From an uncultured Flavobacterium sp. (GTDB lineage Bacteria; Bacteroidota; Bacteroidia; Flavobacteriales; Flavobacteriaceae): 64,000 bases of DNA. Under the pieces are notes generated by a model that ran no database searches, was not told where the DNA came from, and saw only the letters and a program-made list of their open reading frames with translations. Of this stretch, positions 19,541-28,495 are shown one piece after another. The translations under genes and the position numbers were made by a program. Within the stretch, counting starts at the first letter, position 1. Each line of letters starts with the position of its first letter. Location: NCBI GenBank assembly GCA_964614445.1, contig CAZTLN010000002.1, positions 115,165 through 179,164 of the forward strand, in the 5' to 3' direction.

Positions 19541-20104
19541 ATGGAAGAAAAAACACGTTGTGCCTGGTGCGAAAAAGACGATTTATATAGAAAATATCAC
19601 GATGAAGAATGGGGAATTCCGGTTCATGATGACGCCACTTTATTTGAATTTTTAACACTTGAAACATTTCAAGCAGGCTTAAGCTGGCATACTATCCTAA
19701 GAAAAAGAGAAAATTTTCGCACTGCTTTTGATAATTTCGAATATAAAAAAATAGCCACTTATTCCGAAGGAAAAATTACTCAGTTACTCAACAACCCAGG
19801 CATTATTAGAAACAAATTAAAAGTGCTTTCAGCAGTATCAAATGCACAGGCATTTATTAAAGTTCAGGAAGAATTTGGAAGCTTCTCTGAATATATTTGG
19901 AAATTCACTGATGGTAAACATATAGACAACAAGCCGAAATCCCTTAGTGAAATCCCGGCCTCTACTCCTCTTTCTGACAGCATCAGTAAGGATTTAAAAA
20001 AACGTGGATTTAAGTTTGTGGGATCAACCGTTGTGTATGCACATATGCAGGCAACGGGAATGGTAAATGACCATTTAGAATCTTGTTGGACAAGGAAACA
20101 ATGA
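19541..20104 (+). CDS. tag: DNA-3-methyladenine glycosylase I
   Basis: RCAWC, YHDEEWG, FQAGLSW, IIRNKLK, GFKFVG, GMVNDH..C. Confidence 0.96.
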   Translation: MEEKTRCAWCEKDDLYRKYHDEEWGIPVHDDATLFEFLTLETFQAGLSWHTILRKRENFRTAFDNFEYKKIATYSEGKITQLLNNPGIIRNKLKVLSAVSNAQAFIKVQEEFGSFSEYIWKFTDGKHIDNKPKSLSEIPASTPLSDSISKDLKKRGFKFVGSTVVYAHMQATGMVNDHLESCWTRKQ

Positions 20105-20202
20105 AACTGACAAATAAAATTTATTACCTACTTGTCTAAAAAAAAACTGATAAAATGATTTTCTCAGCTCTTTATCGGCTCTGACAAACTTCGGGATAAA
20201 GT

Positions 20203-20838
20203 TTAACTTTTTAATATTTTCATAAAAGCAGCCCTATTAATTTCTCTACAGCCCAAACTTTCTAAATGCGGATTGTAGACCTGACAATCCAGCAATTTAT
20301 AGTTCGACTCCTTCAATTTATCAACCAAGGATATAAATGCAACTTTTGAAGCATTGGAAACTTTAGAAAACATGCTTTCTCCGCAAAATACATGTCCTAA
20401 ATCAATTCCATATAAACCACCTACCAATTTATTATCTTGCAATACCTCAACTGATTTTGCTATCCCCAGCTCATTGAGCTTGCAATACGCCTCGACCATT
20501 TCATCAGTTATCCAGGTTCCGTTTTGACCTTCCCTTTTTATATTTTGGCAATTTGAAATTACCTCCCTAAAATTTTGATTAAAAGTAACCTCAAAAATAT
20601 TTCGGTTAAGAATATTTCTCATACTCTTTGATACAATCAATTCATCCAGAAACAAAACCATCCTTTGATGGGGAGACCACCAGGTGATAGGCTCTCCATC
20701 TTCAAACCAAGGAAATATTCCATTTTGATAGGCTAAAATTAATCTCTCCGGGGACAAGTCCCCACCAAAAGCAAGGATTCCGGAAGAGTGTGCCTGAGAA
20801 ACGGGTGGAAAATTTAAATCTTCAGTCAAATAGAACAT
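20203..20838 (-). CDS. aat: Leucyl/phenylalanyl-tRNA--protein transferase
   Basis: GGDLSPERL..AY..GIFPW, LVGGLYG, FCGESMFS, NASKVA. Confidence 0.96.
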   Translation of the reverse strand: MFYLTEDLNFPPVSQAHSSGILAFGGDLSPERLILAYQNGIFPWFEDGEPITWWSPHQRMVLFLDELIVSKSMRNILNRNIFEVTFNQNFREVISNCQNIKREGQNGTWITDEMVEAYCKLNELGIAKSVEVLQDNKLVGGLYGIDLGHVFCGESMFSKVSNASKVAFISLVDKLKESNYKLLDCQVYNPHLESLGCREINRAAFMKILKS

Positions 20839-21075
20839 AAGAAAACATTTATAACAAGAAATCAGGAGCTAGGTCGCTCAGGGCTAATAATCCTGAAAAA
20901 CAACTAAATCTAAAATGGTTGTTTCAGTTTAAAAACACAACACCCCTTTGCAAAACCTTTTGGTTACGAAAGATTCGAGACATCATAAGATCATTGGATA
21001 AGTATACAAAAACATGTATCTCTAAAAAAAATGCCTTGATATTCTCAAGGCATTTGTATCTCTCTAAATTAGTTT

Positions 21076-21447
21076 TTAAAACGGCAAATCGTCCGGTTCC
21101 TCTTCATTTAAATCAGTAGCTGGCGCAAATGTATTGGCTGCAGGCATTGGAGCCGATGGAGATGGTGCTTCTGAGGCTAATTTCTCAATTCTCCAACCTT
21201 GAATACTATTAAAGTATCTTGTTTCTCCTTGTGGTGAAACCCACTCCCTACCTCTCAAATTTATAGACACCTTTACAGGTTCACCTGCACTGTAATTATT
21301 CAACAAATCACATTTATCCTGAGTAAATTCAATCAAAATATGCTGAGGATACTGCTCATCTGTAGTTATAACAACTTCTCTTTTTTTAAATGTAGCGCTG
21401 ATTTGTTGTTCCGGATTAACAACCTTAATTTTCCCTGTAACTTCCAT
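21076..21447 (-). CDS. DUF3127 family protein (OB-fold, SSB-like acidic C-tail)
   Basis: FKKREVV..T.EQYPQ, INLRGREW, YFNSIQGWRIE; tail EEEPDDLPF. Confidence 0.85.
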   Translation of the reverse strand: MEVTGKIKVVNPEQQISATFKKREVVITTDEQYPQHILIEFTQDKCDLLNNYSAGEPVKVSINLRGREWVSPQGETRYFNSIQGWRIEKLASEAPSPSAPMPAANTFAPATDLNEEEPDDLPF

Positions 21448-21719
21448 CGTGTAATAGTATTAATTATTTGAGCTTATTTTTTGATCTTAAAATATTCATC
21501 AAAAAATAATGTTTTTTACAAATATAAAAACTTCTTCCATCTATCAATACTGTTTGTTTACAATTTCATACTTTAATTTCCTATGACATCCAAACAGCGG
21601 ATGCATACCCTTATAAAGCAAGCTTATATAGCAAGAATATTTTCGAAAATAATGCTTAATTTTCGCATGAAATGACGAGATTTAATATTTCGTTATATTT
21701 ATCCCTCAAAATCTAAAAT

Positions 21720-22880
21720 ATGAAGTTTTCCAACAATAGAAATACCACTCGCTGGCTTATTATTTTAGCTTCCTTTTTTATCACCTCTCTAATTCTATGG
21801 AACACCTATCAGTTCTTTCAAATATTTAAAAATGAAGAACGAAATAAAATGGAATTATGGGCAGATGCTCAAAAGTCCTTGATTAACTCACAAGAAATCG
21901 CCGATGTGGACCTTGAACTAACCATAATTGAAAATGCCAAAATCCCAATAATATTAACGGAAAACGACAGTATATTAAAAATGGCAAACGTTGATGAGGC
22001 CATTATGAATGACAAAAATAAATTATCAAGTTTTTTAAATAATCTAAAAAACCAAAATAACCCAATTGATATAGAATATGCTCCAAATAAATTCCAGAAA
22101 TTACACTATGGCGATTCAGCCTTATTAAACAAACTTAAATATTACCCTATCGCATTATTGCTCATCATTGTATTATTTTCGGGTTTGGTGTATTATTTTT
22201 ACCAAAGCACTAAAATTAGTACTCAAAATAAACTTTGGGCAGGAATGGCTAAGGAAACAGCGCACCAAATAGGGACTCCTCTTTCATCATTGATTGGCTG
22301 GGTAGAAATTCTTAAAACAGATAATACAGACCCTTCAACTACTTCAGAAATAGAAAAGGACATCCATCGTTTGCAAACAATTACTGACCGTTTTTCGAAA
22401 ATAGGTTCTATACCAATATTAGAAAAAAAAGATATCGTATTCGAAACCTTTCAGACTTACAACTACCTTAAGTCCCGGTTCTCGACACAAATTAATTTTT
22501 CTTTCGAAGCCCCGGACACACCTGTTTTCGTTATGCTAAACCCCATCCTCCATGGCTGGACAATAGAGAATCTTATTAAAAATGCGATCGATGCTATGAA
22601 AGGAAAAGGTTCCGTTGCAATAAAAATTATTGATGACAATGAAAACGTAAAAATAAACGTGACTGACAATGGAAGCGGAATCCAAAAAAAACAATTTAAG
22701 ACTGTTTTTGAACCAGGCTACACTACCAAAAAAAGAGGCTGGGGACTCGGTCTTTCTTTAACTAAAAGAATTGTAAAAGAATACCACAAAGGCAGTATTA
22801 AGGTTTTAACATCTGAAATAGGCATAGGCACCACAATGCAAATTGTTTTAAAAAAAACAGATCAAACTCTTATTACTTAA
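21720..22880 (+). CDS. Membrane sensor histidine kinase (no adjacent response regulator)
   Basis: H-box AKETAHQIGTPLSSL, N-box ENLIKNAIDAM, D-box DNGSG, G-box GWGLGL; two TM segments. Confidence 0.93.
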   Translation: MKFSNNRNTTRWLIILASFFITSLILWNTYQFFQIFKNEERNKMELWADAQKSLINSQEIADVDLELTIIENAKIPIILTENDSILKMANVDEAIMNDKNKLSSFLNNLKNQNNPIDIEYAPNKFQKLHYGDSALLNKLKYYPIALLLIIVLFSGLVYYFYQSTKISTQNKLWAGMAKETAHQIGTPLSSLIGWVEILKTDNTDPSTTSEIEKDIHRLQTITDRFSKIGSIPILEKKDIVFETFQTYNYLKSRFSTQINFSFEAPDTPVFVMLNPILHGWTIENLIKNAIDAMKGKGSVAIKIIDDNENVKINVTDNGSGIQKKQFKTVFEPGYTTKKRGWGLGLSLTKRIVKEYHKGSIKVLTSEIGIGTTMQIVLKKTDQTLIT

Positions 22881-24030
22881 CGACTTGTTTATAAAACATT
22901 GTTTCTCTTGCATTAGTTTCTTTACTGAGGTAATTTGAAACAAAGGCATCATGCTCTTTAGCCATCTCTATAGCTGACTGCAGAGATTTTTTCGTAGAAC
23001 TTAAGTTTGAAATAAACCTTTCTTTTTCAGAACCCAAATTGTTTATTTTGTCCTGACACTTAATTAATTTAAGATAAGGCAGATGAATCATATCTTTTAT
23101 TTCTTTATCCGACCTCATAGGCTTAAACTGCTTATTCCTGTATCTAATAAAAGAGTTTAATTCATTAACCCCTTCATGAAACAAATCTAACAGATTGTCA
23201 TATTCCTCAAGGATTTTTGAGTGCTTATTTATTTCAATCTTTCTTCTATTGTACACTAATTGATCTGATATCATATCATTTATTACCCCCATACTCTCAA
23301 TTCGTTTTGTGGAAGCTATTATTTTATCAGAATCGGATAAACTTAAATAATGAGAAATTTCCGTTTCAAAATTATAATATTGTTTAGAAACTGCCGGCTT
23401 AAATATCCCAGCATAAAATTCTTCGTTAGTAACCTGATAATTAAGAAATTGCCACAGAGGATCAAAAGGCATATGCGAGTTGATTAATTCGTTCGGATTA
23501 GTCTTAAAATATAAAAAATTAATTTTCTTAATAAATCTACCAGACTGTATGTTTCCTGCCGCCCATGTTGGGTCAAATAAAAACCATTTGCCATTGATTT
23601 TGGAGACACACCAAGAATGAGACAAAGAATCAACCAAACCGAACTGTTTGGTATATCCACTTATTATAATTGTTTCAATTCCCAATTCATAAGTAATAGC
23701 TTTAAAAAGCTCAGTGTAATCGCTACAAATCCCCTTTCTGGTTTTCAGTATCGCATTTAGTTTTTCCTCAGTAGCTATTTTATTTGAAGAGATAAACTTT
23801 CTACCTACATCATAGGCTATATTATCAGCAATCCAATAAAAAACAGCTCTGATTTTATCTTCCTGACTCCTGAAATTGGAACTGATATAGTTTGCTATCG
23901 AATAAACAGAAACGGTTTCTTTAGTAGGTATTTCAGAAACTTTCCTGTCTACAAATGAATAATCACTTTTGATCTGACCAAAAGTGAGTGTTGACAAAGA
24001 AACCGAAAGAAAAAGAAATATTATTTTCAT
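22873..24030 (-). CDS. Secreted transglutaminase-like (TGc) domain protein
   Basis: Signal peptide; WIADNIAYD, GICSDY (catalytic Cys), HSW (His), FDPTW (Asp). Confidence 0.8.
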   Translation of the reverse strand: MKIIFLFLSVSLSTLTFGQIKSDYSFVDRKVSEIPTKETVSVYSIANYISSNFRSQEDKIRAVFYWIADNIAYDVGRKFISSNKIATEEKLNAILKTRKGICSDYTELFKAITYELGIETIIISGYTKQFGLVDSLSHSWCVSKINGKWFLFDPTWAAGNIQSGRFIKKINFLYFKTNPNELINSHMPFDPLWQFLNYQVTNEEFYAGIFKPAVSKQYYNFETEISHYLSLSDSDKIIASTKRIESMGVINDMISDQLVYNRRKIEINKHSKILEEYDNLLDLFHEGVNELNSFIRYRNKQFKPMRSDKEIKDMIHLPYLKLIKCQDKINNLGSEKERFISNLSSTKKSLQSAIEMAKEHDAFVSNYLSKETNARETMFYKQVVK

Positions 24031-24120
24031 CTTTTTTTGATAACCATTTCGTTTAGAGTGAAACTTACTACTTTCACTTTAAACGAAAATCATACCATTT
24101 TACTCAGATGAACAACAATT

Positions 24121-24510
24121 TTATAAATTAGCTTGTATACTGACAGCCAATTCTTTAAACTCATCAGGAGACAATGAGACTTTGCTTATAAAACGCATCT
24201 CGTCCATACTGTTTATTGGAATTAAATGTACGTGTGCATGCGGAACTTCAAGTCCTACTACCGCCACCCCCACCCGCTTACAGGGAATACTTTTTTCAAG
24301 AACCTTTGCCACTTTTCTTGAGAACTTCATCAACCCTAGAAAATGGTTTTCATCCATGTCAAAAATTTTATCTATTTCGACTTTTGGAATACAAAGTGTA
24401 TGTCCTTTTGCATTGGGATTCACATCTAAAAATGCCAGATAATCATCATCTTCAGCAATTTTATAACATGGAATCTCTCCATTTACTATTTTGGTGAATA
24501 TTGAACTCAT
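24121..24510 (-). CDS. HIT family nucleotide hydrolase
   Basis: HAHVHLI triad; FTKIVNGEIPC, GHTLCIPK. Confidence 0.93.
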   Translation of the reverse strand: MSSIFTKIVNGEIPCYKIAEDDDYLAFLDVNPNAKGHTLCIPKVEIDKIFDMDENHFLGLMKFSRKVAKVLEKSIPCKRVGVAVVGLEVPHAHVHLIPINSMDEMRFISKVSLSPDEFKELAVSIQANL

Positions 24511-24548
24511 TGTATTTTTATCTATTTGATGTGATTATAAAAAACAGA

Positions 24549-25025
24549 TTAGTCTCTGCTTATTTCAAGAATTTCAAATTTCAAAATTCCGTTAGGAACA
24601 TTAATCTCTGCAATTTCTCCAACAGACTTTCCAAGCAAACCTTTCCCGATTGGAGAGGTGACCGAAATTTTACCGCTTTTAAGATCGGCTTCACTTTCAG
24701 CTACAAGAGTATATTTCATCTCCATTCCGTTTGCCTGATTTTTTATCTTAACTTTTGACAAAACCAAAACTTTAGAAAGATCGAGATGCGATTCGTCAAT
24801 TAATCTTGCATTAGCGTGAATTTCTTCCAATTTTGCAATTTTCATTTCCAACATCCCCTGTGCTTCTTTGGCTGCATCATATTCTGCATTTTCAGACAAG
24901 TCTCCCTTATCTCTGGCATCTGCTATTGCCTGAGACGCTTTTGGACGCTCTACGGCTTTTAAATAATCCAATTCATCCCTTAATTTTTTTAATCCTTCTG
25001 CCGTATAATAAGATACTTTGCTCAT
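24549..25025 (-). CDS. greA: Transcription elongation factor GreA
   Basis: ARDKGDLSENAEYDAAKE, ISVTSPIGKGLLG. Start revised to ATG 25025 because the TATCTTTG promoter at 25082-25089 and a leader hairpin lie upstream. Confidence 0.97.
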   Translation of the reverse strand: MSKVSYYTAEGLKKLRDELDYLKAVERPKASQAIADARDKGDLSENAEYDAAKEAQGMLEMKIAKLEEIHANARLIDESHLDLSKVLVLSKVKIKNQANGMEMKYTLVAESEADLKSGKISVTSPIGKGLLGKSVGEIAEINVPNGILKFEILEISRD

Positions 25026-25187
25026 AACTTCATCGTTTATATAAAATAGAAAAAATCCCATCAGGACGGGATTTCTTTCTACAAAGATATTATATTTTTT
25101 TGTCTATAATTAAATGTTAACCGTATAATAATTCAAATATAAATAAATTAAATTTGTTTGAACAATACTTTTAATTTTTTTAAAAAA

Positions 25188-25601
25188 ATGAAAAAAACAT
25201 TTTTTTTATTTCTGTTATCATCCATTCTTGCCGGATGCAGCAATAATAATTTTAACAACAATAATCCTTATTTACCAAACTATACTTTTTCAATTGAAAT
25301 AAACACAGACCTCCCCAGCTATTCCAACCTAAAATATGTCAGCAATGCTGTGTATTATCAAAACGCCGGGGTTAGGGGCATATATATCTTTAACAACGGT
25401 AGTGGATTCAATGCATTTGATGCAGCCTGTCCAAACCAGCAACTTAGTAATTGCTCAACAATGACATTGAACGGTATCAATTTAATATGTCCTTGCGATA
25501 GCGAAAACTACAACCTTTTTACGGGCCAGAGCACTTTGCAATACCCACTCAAACAATACCGTGTTCAGGTTAACGGACCAGTTATACATGTATATAATTA
25601 A
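25188..25601 (+). CDS. Lipoprotein with a degenerate Rieske-like domain
   Basis: MKK...LAGC lipobox (start revised to ATG 25188); AFDAACP and ICPCD motifs plus a Y-x-L-x-x-G...LKQY tail resemble the Rieske fold. Confidence 0.6.
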   Translation: MKKTFFLFLLSSILAGCSNNNFNNNNPYLPNYTFSIEINTDLPSYSNLKYVSNAVYYQNAGVRGIYIFNNGSGFNAFDAACPNQQLSNCSTMTLNGINLICPCDSENYNLFTGQSTLQYPLKQYRVQVNGPVIHVYN

Positions 25602-25633
25602 AAAAAACCTGAAAACTAAATTTTCAGGCTTCT
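25601..25633. terminator. Terminator between lipoprotein and TBDT
   Basis: CCTGAAAA-CTAAA-TTTTCAGG flanked by A and T tracts. Confidence 0.75.
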
Positions 25634-25652
25634 TAAAAATATAAACTAAGTA

Positions 25653-27848
25653 TTAAAATTTAAAGGTAATTCCGGCAAGGAAATTAGTCCCCGCCTGCGG
25701 ATAATATCCTGCACCTTCAATAGTGGTTATTTGGGTAGCACTTGACCAGTTATCGTCATAAGTATAAAAATACCCGTTTGAAACATATTTTTGGTCAAAT
25801 AAGTTATTAACCAAAGCTGATATCACTATGGATTTAAAAACCGATTTTGGATTTAATTCATAAGAAACATTCAAATCATTTACAAAATAAGAATCTAATA
25901 TAGAAACTTCTGAATCTATATTCCCCATATACTGCTCCCCTACAAATTTCGACAAAAACGAAATCTGCAGATTTTCCAATGGAAGGAAAGTGATACTATT
26001 CCCCGCTACAATTTCAGGAGAATAAGCAATATTGGTGTTGCCTAAATTTGTCAACTCTCCGTCTCTTTGAAAATAGAAATCTTTATTTTTATTAGCACTC
26101 AAAGTAAAATTTGGTCTAATAATCAATTTATCCATTAATGAAATGGAAGCATCCACCTCAAGGCCCAATCGGTAACTATCACCACTATTTGCCCTTATCG
26201 GACTTCCCACATTATCAATATCACCTGTAAGGATTAACTGATCCTTGTATGCCATATAATAAATATTAGCATTGAATTTTACCTTAGATGTTGCATGACG
26301 CAATCCTAACTCAAAATCATCAAGCTTCTCAGGTCTTGGATTACCATTCTCATAATCGGTTCTATTTGGCTCCCGATTTGCTCTGGCATAGGAGAAATAG
26401 AGTTTATTGTTATTATCTAATGAATAGTTCAGACCTGCTTTGGGATTGAAAAAGTTGAAATTATCATTTACAAGGTTAGTTTCCGGACTGTCAGCTTTAT
26501 AATGCACATTACGAAGTTGCAAATCCCCATATAAGTTCAAATTAGAACTAAGCTGATAATTAGCTTTTGCATAAAGGTTCCCATCTGTTTTAGAAGCATA
26601 ATCGTCATAATAATGATCTCCCAATTCGCTTTGAGAAGCAAAACGTGCCCAAATTACTTTTCCAAAGTGATCTCCTTCATATTTATTATAACCGCCTCCG
26701 AAAATCACCTCTAAATTTTCCTGTTTATAATTAACAGAAAAGGTGGCTCCGTAAAAATCATTGTCTAACCACTTTTGACGTATCAAATCAGTTGAATCCT
26801 CTGAACCAACAGCTAGTAGTCCAAAATCTTCAAAGGCAGCATCTTCCTGATAGTTTTCATAATACCCTTTCCCTTTTGTATAGTGCAAGGCAAAATTTGT
26901 GTTCCATTTATCTGAAACCTTTTCATTCCAATGCAGCTGGAAATGATCTTGTTGATAATTGTCGGTTTCATTGTCATAGAAGCGGGTATTCCCATTTTCA
27001 TCTGTAAAATATCCAGCCCAGTTAAACTTTCTGTCCGTTTTCAAAGTCTCACCGTCAATACCATACCATGACTGATAAGTTTTCTCTTTTCCGCCAAAAG
27101 TCAAAGCTTTAATCAAAGTCGTTTTTCCAACATAGGTTCCCTGTAGAAAATAGGATTTCAAATCAGAACTTCCACGATCTATATAACCATCAGATTTTAA
27201 ATCAGATAGCCGACCTGCGATTTCAAAGTGGTTGTTCATTAAACCCGTACTAAACTTAACAGTACTTTTTCTGGTATTAAAACTCCCAAATGAATTGGAA
27301 ATCTCAGCATTACCAACTTTTGAATATGCATCTGTCAACATATTCAAACTAGCTCCAAAAGCTCCTGCTCCATTTGTAGATGTTCCCACACCTCGTTGTA
27401 ACTGTAAACTTTCAACAGAGGAAGCAAAATCCGGCAAATCCACCCAATACGTGCCCTGACCTTCTGCATCATTATAGGGAATACCATTTATGGTAACATT
27501 AACTCTTGTTGCGTCGCTACCGCGAACACGAATACCTGTATATCCTACTCCATTTCCTGCATCTGAAGTTGTCACTACCGATGGCAAATAGTTCATTAAT
27601 ATTGGTAAATCCTGACCTAAATTTCGAAGCGAAATTTCTTTTTTACTCAAATTACTGTAACTAACTGGAGTTTTTGCGGTAACGCGAACTGCTGAAACGA
27701 GCACCTCATCTAACTGATTAACTGAGGTAGTGTCTTTTATTTGTTGAGAAAAAGAAAATAAAGAAAATAATAAAAAGAAGTAAATGAAAATTCTTCTTTG
27801 AGTCCTCAATGCCGACTCTGTGTTGATGGTTTTAAAAATAATATCCAT
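25653..27848 (-). CDS. TonB-dependent receptor, probably for thiamine
   Basis: Signal peptide, TonB box LDEVLVSA, plug motifs (RGSDATRVNVTINGIP, LQRGVGTSTNG), C-terminal GITFKF; TPP riboswitch upstream. Confidence 0.9.
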   Translation of the reverse strand: MDIIFKTINTESALRTQRRIFIYFFLLFSLFSFSQQIKDTTSVNQLDEVLVSAVRVTAKTPVSYSNLSKKEISLRNLGQDLPILMNYLPSVVTTSDAGNGVGYTGIRVRGSDATRVNVTINGIPYNDAEGQGTYWVDLPDFASSVESLQLQRGVGTSTNGAGAFGASLNMLTDAYSKVGNAEISNSFGSFNTRKSTVKFSTGLMNNHFEIAGRLSDLKSDGYIDRGSSDLKSYFLQGTYVGKTTLIKALTFGGKEKTYQSWYGIDGETLKTDRKFNWAGYFTDENGNTRFYDNETDNYQQDHFQLHWNEKVSDKWNTNFALHYTKGKGYYENYQEDAAFEDFGLLAVGSEDSTDLIRQKWLDNDFYGATFSVNYKQENLEVIFGGGYNKYEGDHFGKVIWARFASQSELGDHYYDDYASKTDGNLYAKANYQLSSNLNLYGDLQLRNVHYKADSPETNLVNDNFNFFNPKAGLNYSLDNNNKLYFSYARANREPNRTDYENGNPRPEKLDDFELGLRHATSKVKFNANIYYMAYKDQLILTGDIDNVGSPIRANSGDSYRLGLEVDASISLMDKLIIRPNFTLSANKNKDFYFQRDGELTNLGNTNIAYSPEIVAGNSITFLPLENLQISFLSKFVGEQYMGNIDSEVSILDSYFVNDLNVSYELNPKSVFKSIVISALVNNLFDQKYVSNGYFYTYDDNWSSATQITTIEGAGYYPQAGTNFLAGITFKF

Positions 27849-27949
27849 TCGTCAAATGTCCTGCGAATAATAGGGGGTATTACTCTTGTTTTTAAATTAT
27901 TAATTGATATGCCTATGACGACCAAGCTGTGCACCACTTTATCGTCAAT

Positions 27950-28025
27950 TTTCCCTTAGCAACATTACTTGCCCAGGTTCGTTGGGTATGATCTCAGCTC
28001 GTTATTTAGAGCACCCCTTTGAGAC
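27950..28025 (-). ncRNA. TPP (THI-box) riboswitch
   Basis: Reverse complement reads AAAGGGGTGC...GAGCTGAGATCATACCCAACGAACCTGGGCAAGTAATGTTGCTAAGGGAA, with the GCTGAGA, ATACCC..GAACCTG and TAATG..GC..AGGGAA hallmarks. Confidence 0.95.
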
Positions 28026-28029
28026 GGCG

Positions 28030-28060
28030 CAAAAGTAATTATTAAAAACAAAAAAACAAA
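28030..28060 (-). promoter_or_regulatory. Promoter driving the TPP riboswitch/TBDT transcript
   Basis: TACTTTTG (28030-28037 complement), 19-nt spacer, TTTG (28057-28060). Confidence 0.8.
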
Positions 28061-28087
28061 TACATTTTTAAAAAATAAAAATGCGAT

Positions 28088-28492
28088 TTAGTCAATCTTA
28101 GGCTTTTTTCTCTGTTGTTTAACCAATGAGGATCTCTGTTTATCTTTTATTCGCTTTCTGATAACTGATTTGGGAACTTTGGTCTCCTTTCTTATTTTAA
28201 CAACCTGCAAACCTTTCTCAAGTAGTTTCAAAAATCGATTGGTTATTATTTCCTTGTTTTTAAGTTGGCTACGATCCATGTCGCAGTTTAGAATTAAAAT
28301 GGATTGTGCAGTTAATCTGGAGGAAAGATTTTTCTTTAGCAGTATTTTTTCTTCTTCAGTCAATGAAGATGAGTTTTTCAAATCGAAGGAAAGTACAACT
28401 TTTGAAGCAACTTTGTTTACATTTTGTCCTCCTGCACCGCTACTGCGGACAGCCTTGAAATTTAATTCGGATATAATTCTCTGAACATCCAA
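28088..28492 (-). CDS. arfB: Alternative ribosome rescue factor ArfB (peptidyl-tRNA hydrolase), TTG start
   Basis: RSSGAGGQNVNKV (GGQ), RSQLKNK, basic C-tail. Confidence 0.93.
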   Translation of the reverse strand: MDVQRIISELNFKAVRSSGAGGQNVNKVASKVVLSFDLKNSSSLTEEEKILLKKNLSSRLTAQSILILNCDMDRSQLKNKEIITNRFLKLLEKGLQVVKIRKETKVPKSVIRKRIKDKQRSSLVKQQRKKPKID

Positions 28493-28495
28493 AAT

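Noticed and set aside
21015-21063. 9-bp direct repeat TGTATCTCT flanking a hairpin (possible target-site duplication/MITE)
   Set aside because: The hairpin (AAATGCCTTGA/TCAAGGCATTT) is the DUF3127 terminator, and I saw no second copy or transposase.
21587-21603. Isolated CATCC/GGATG hairpin resembling the terminator at 41301
   Set aside because: A 5-bp stem with no U-tract, likely chance.
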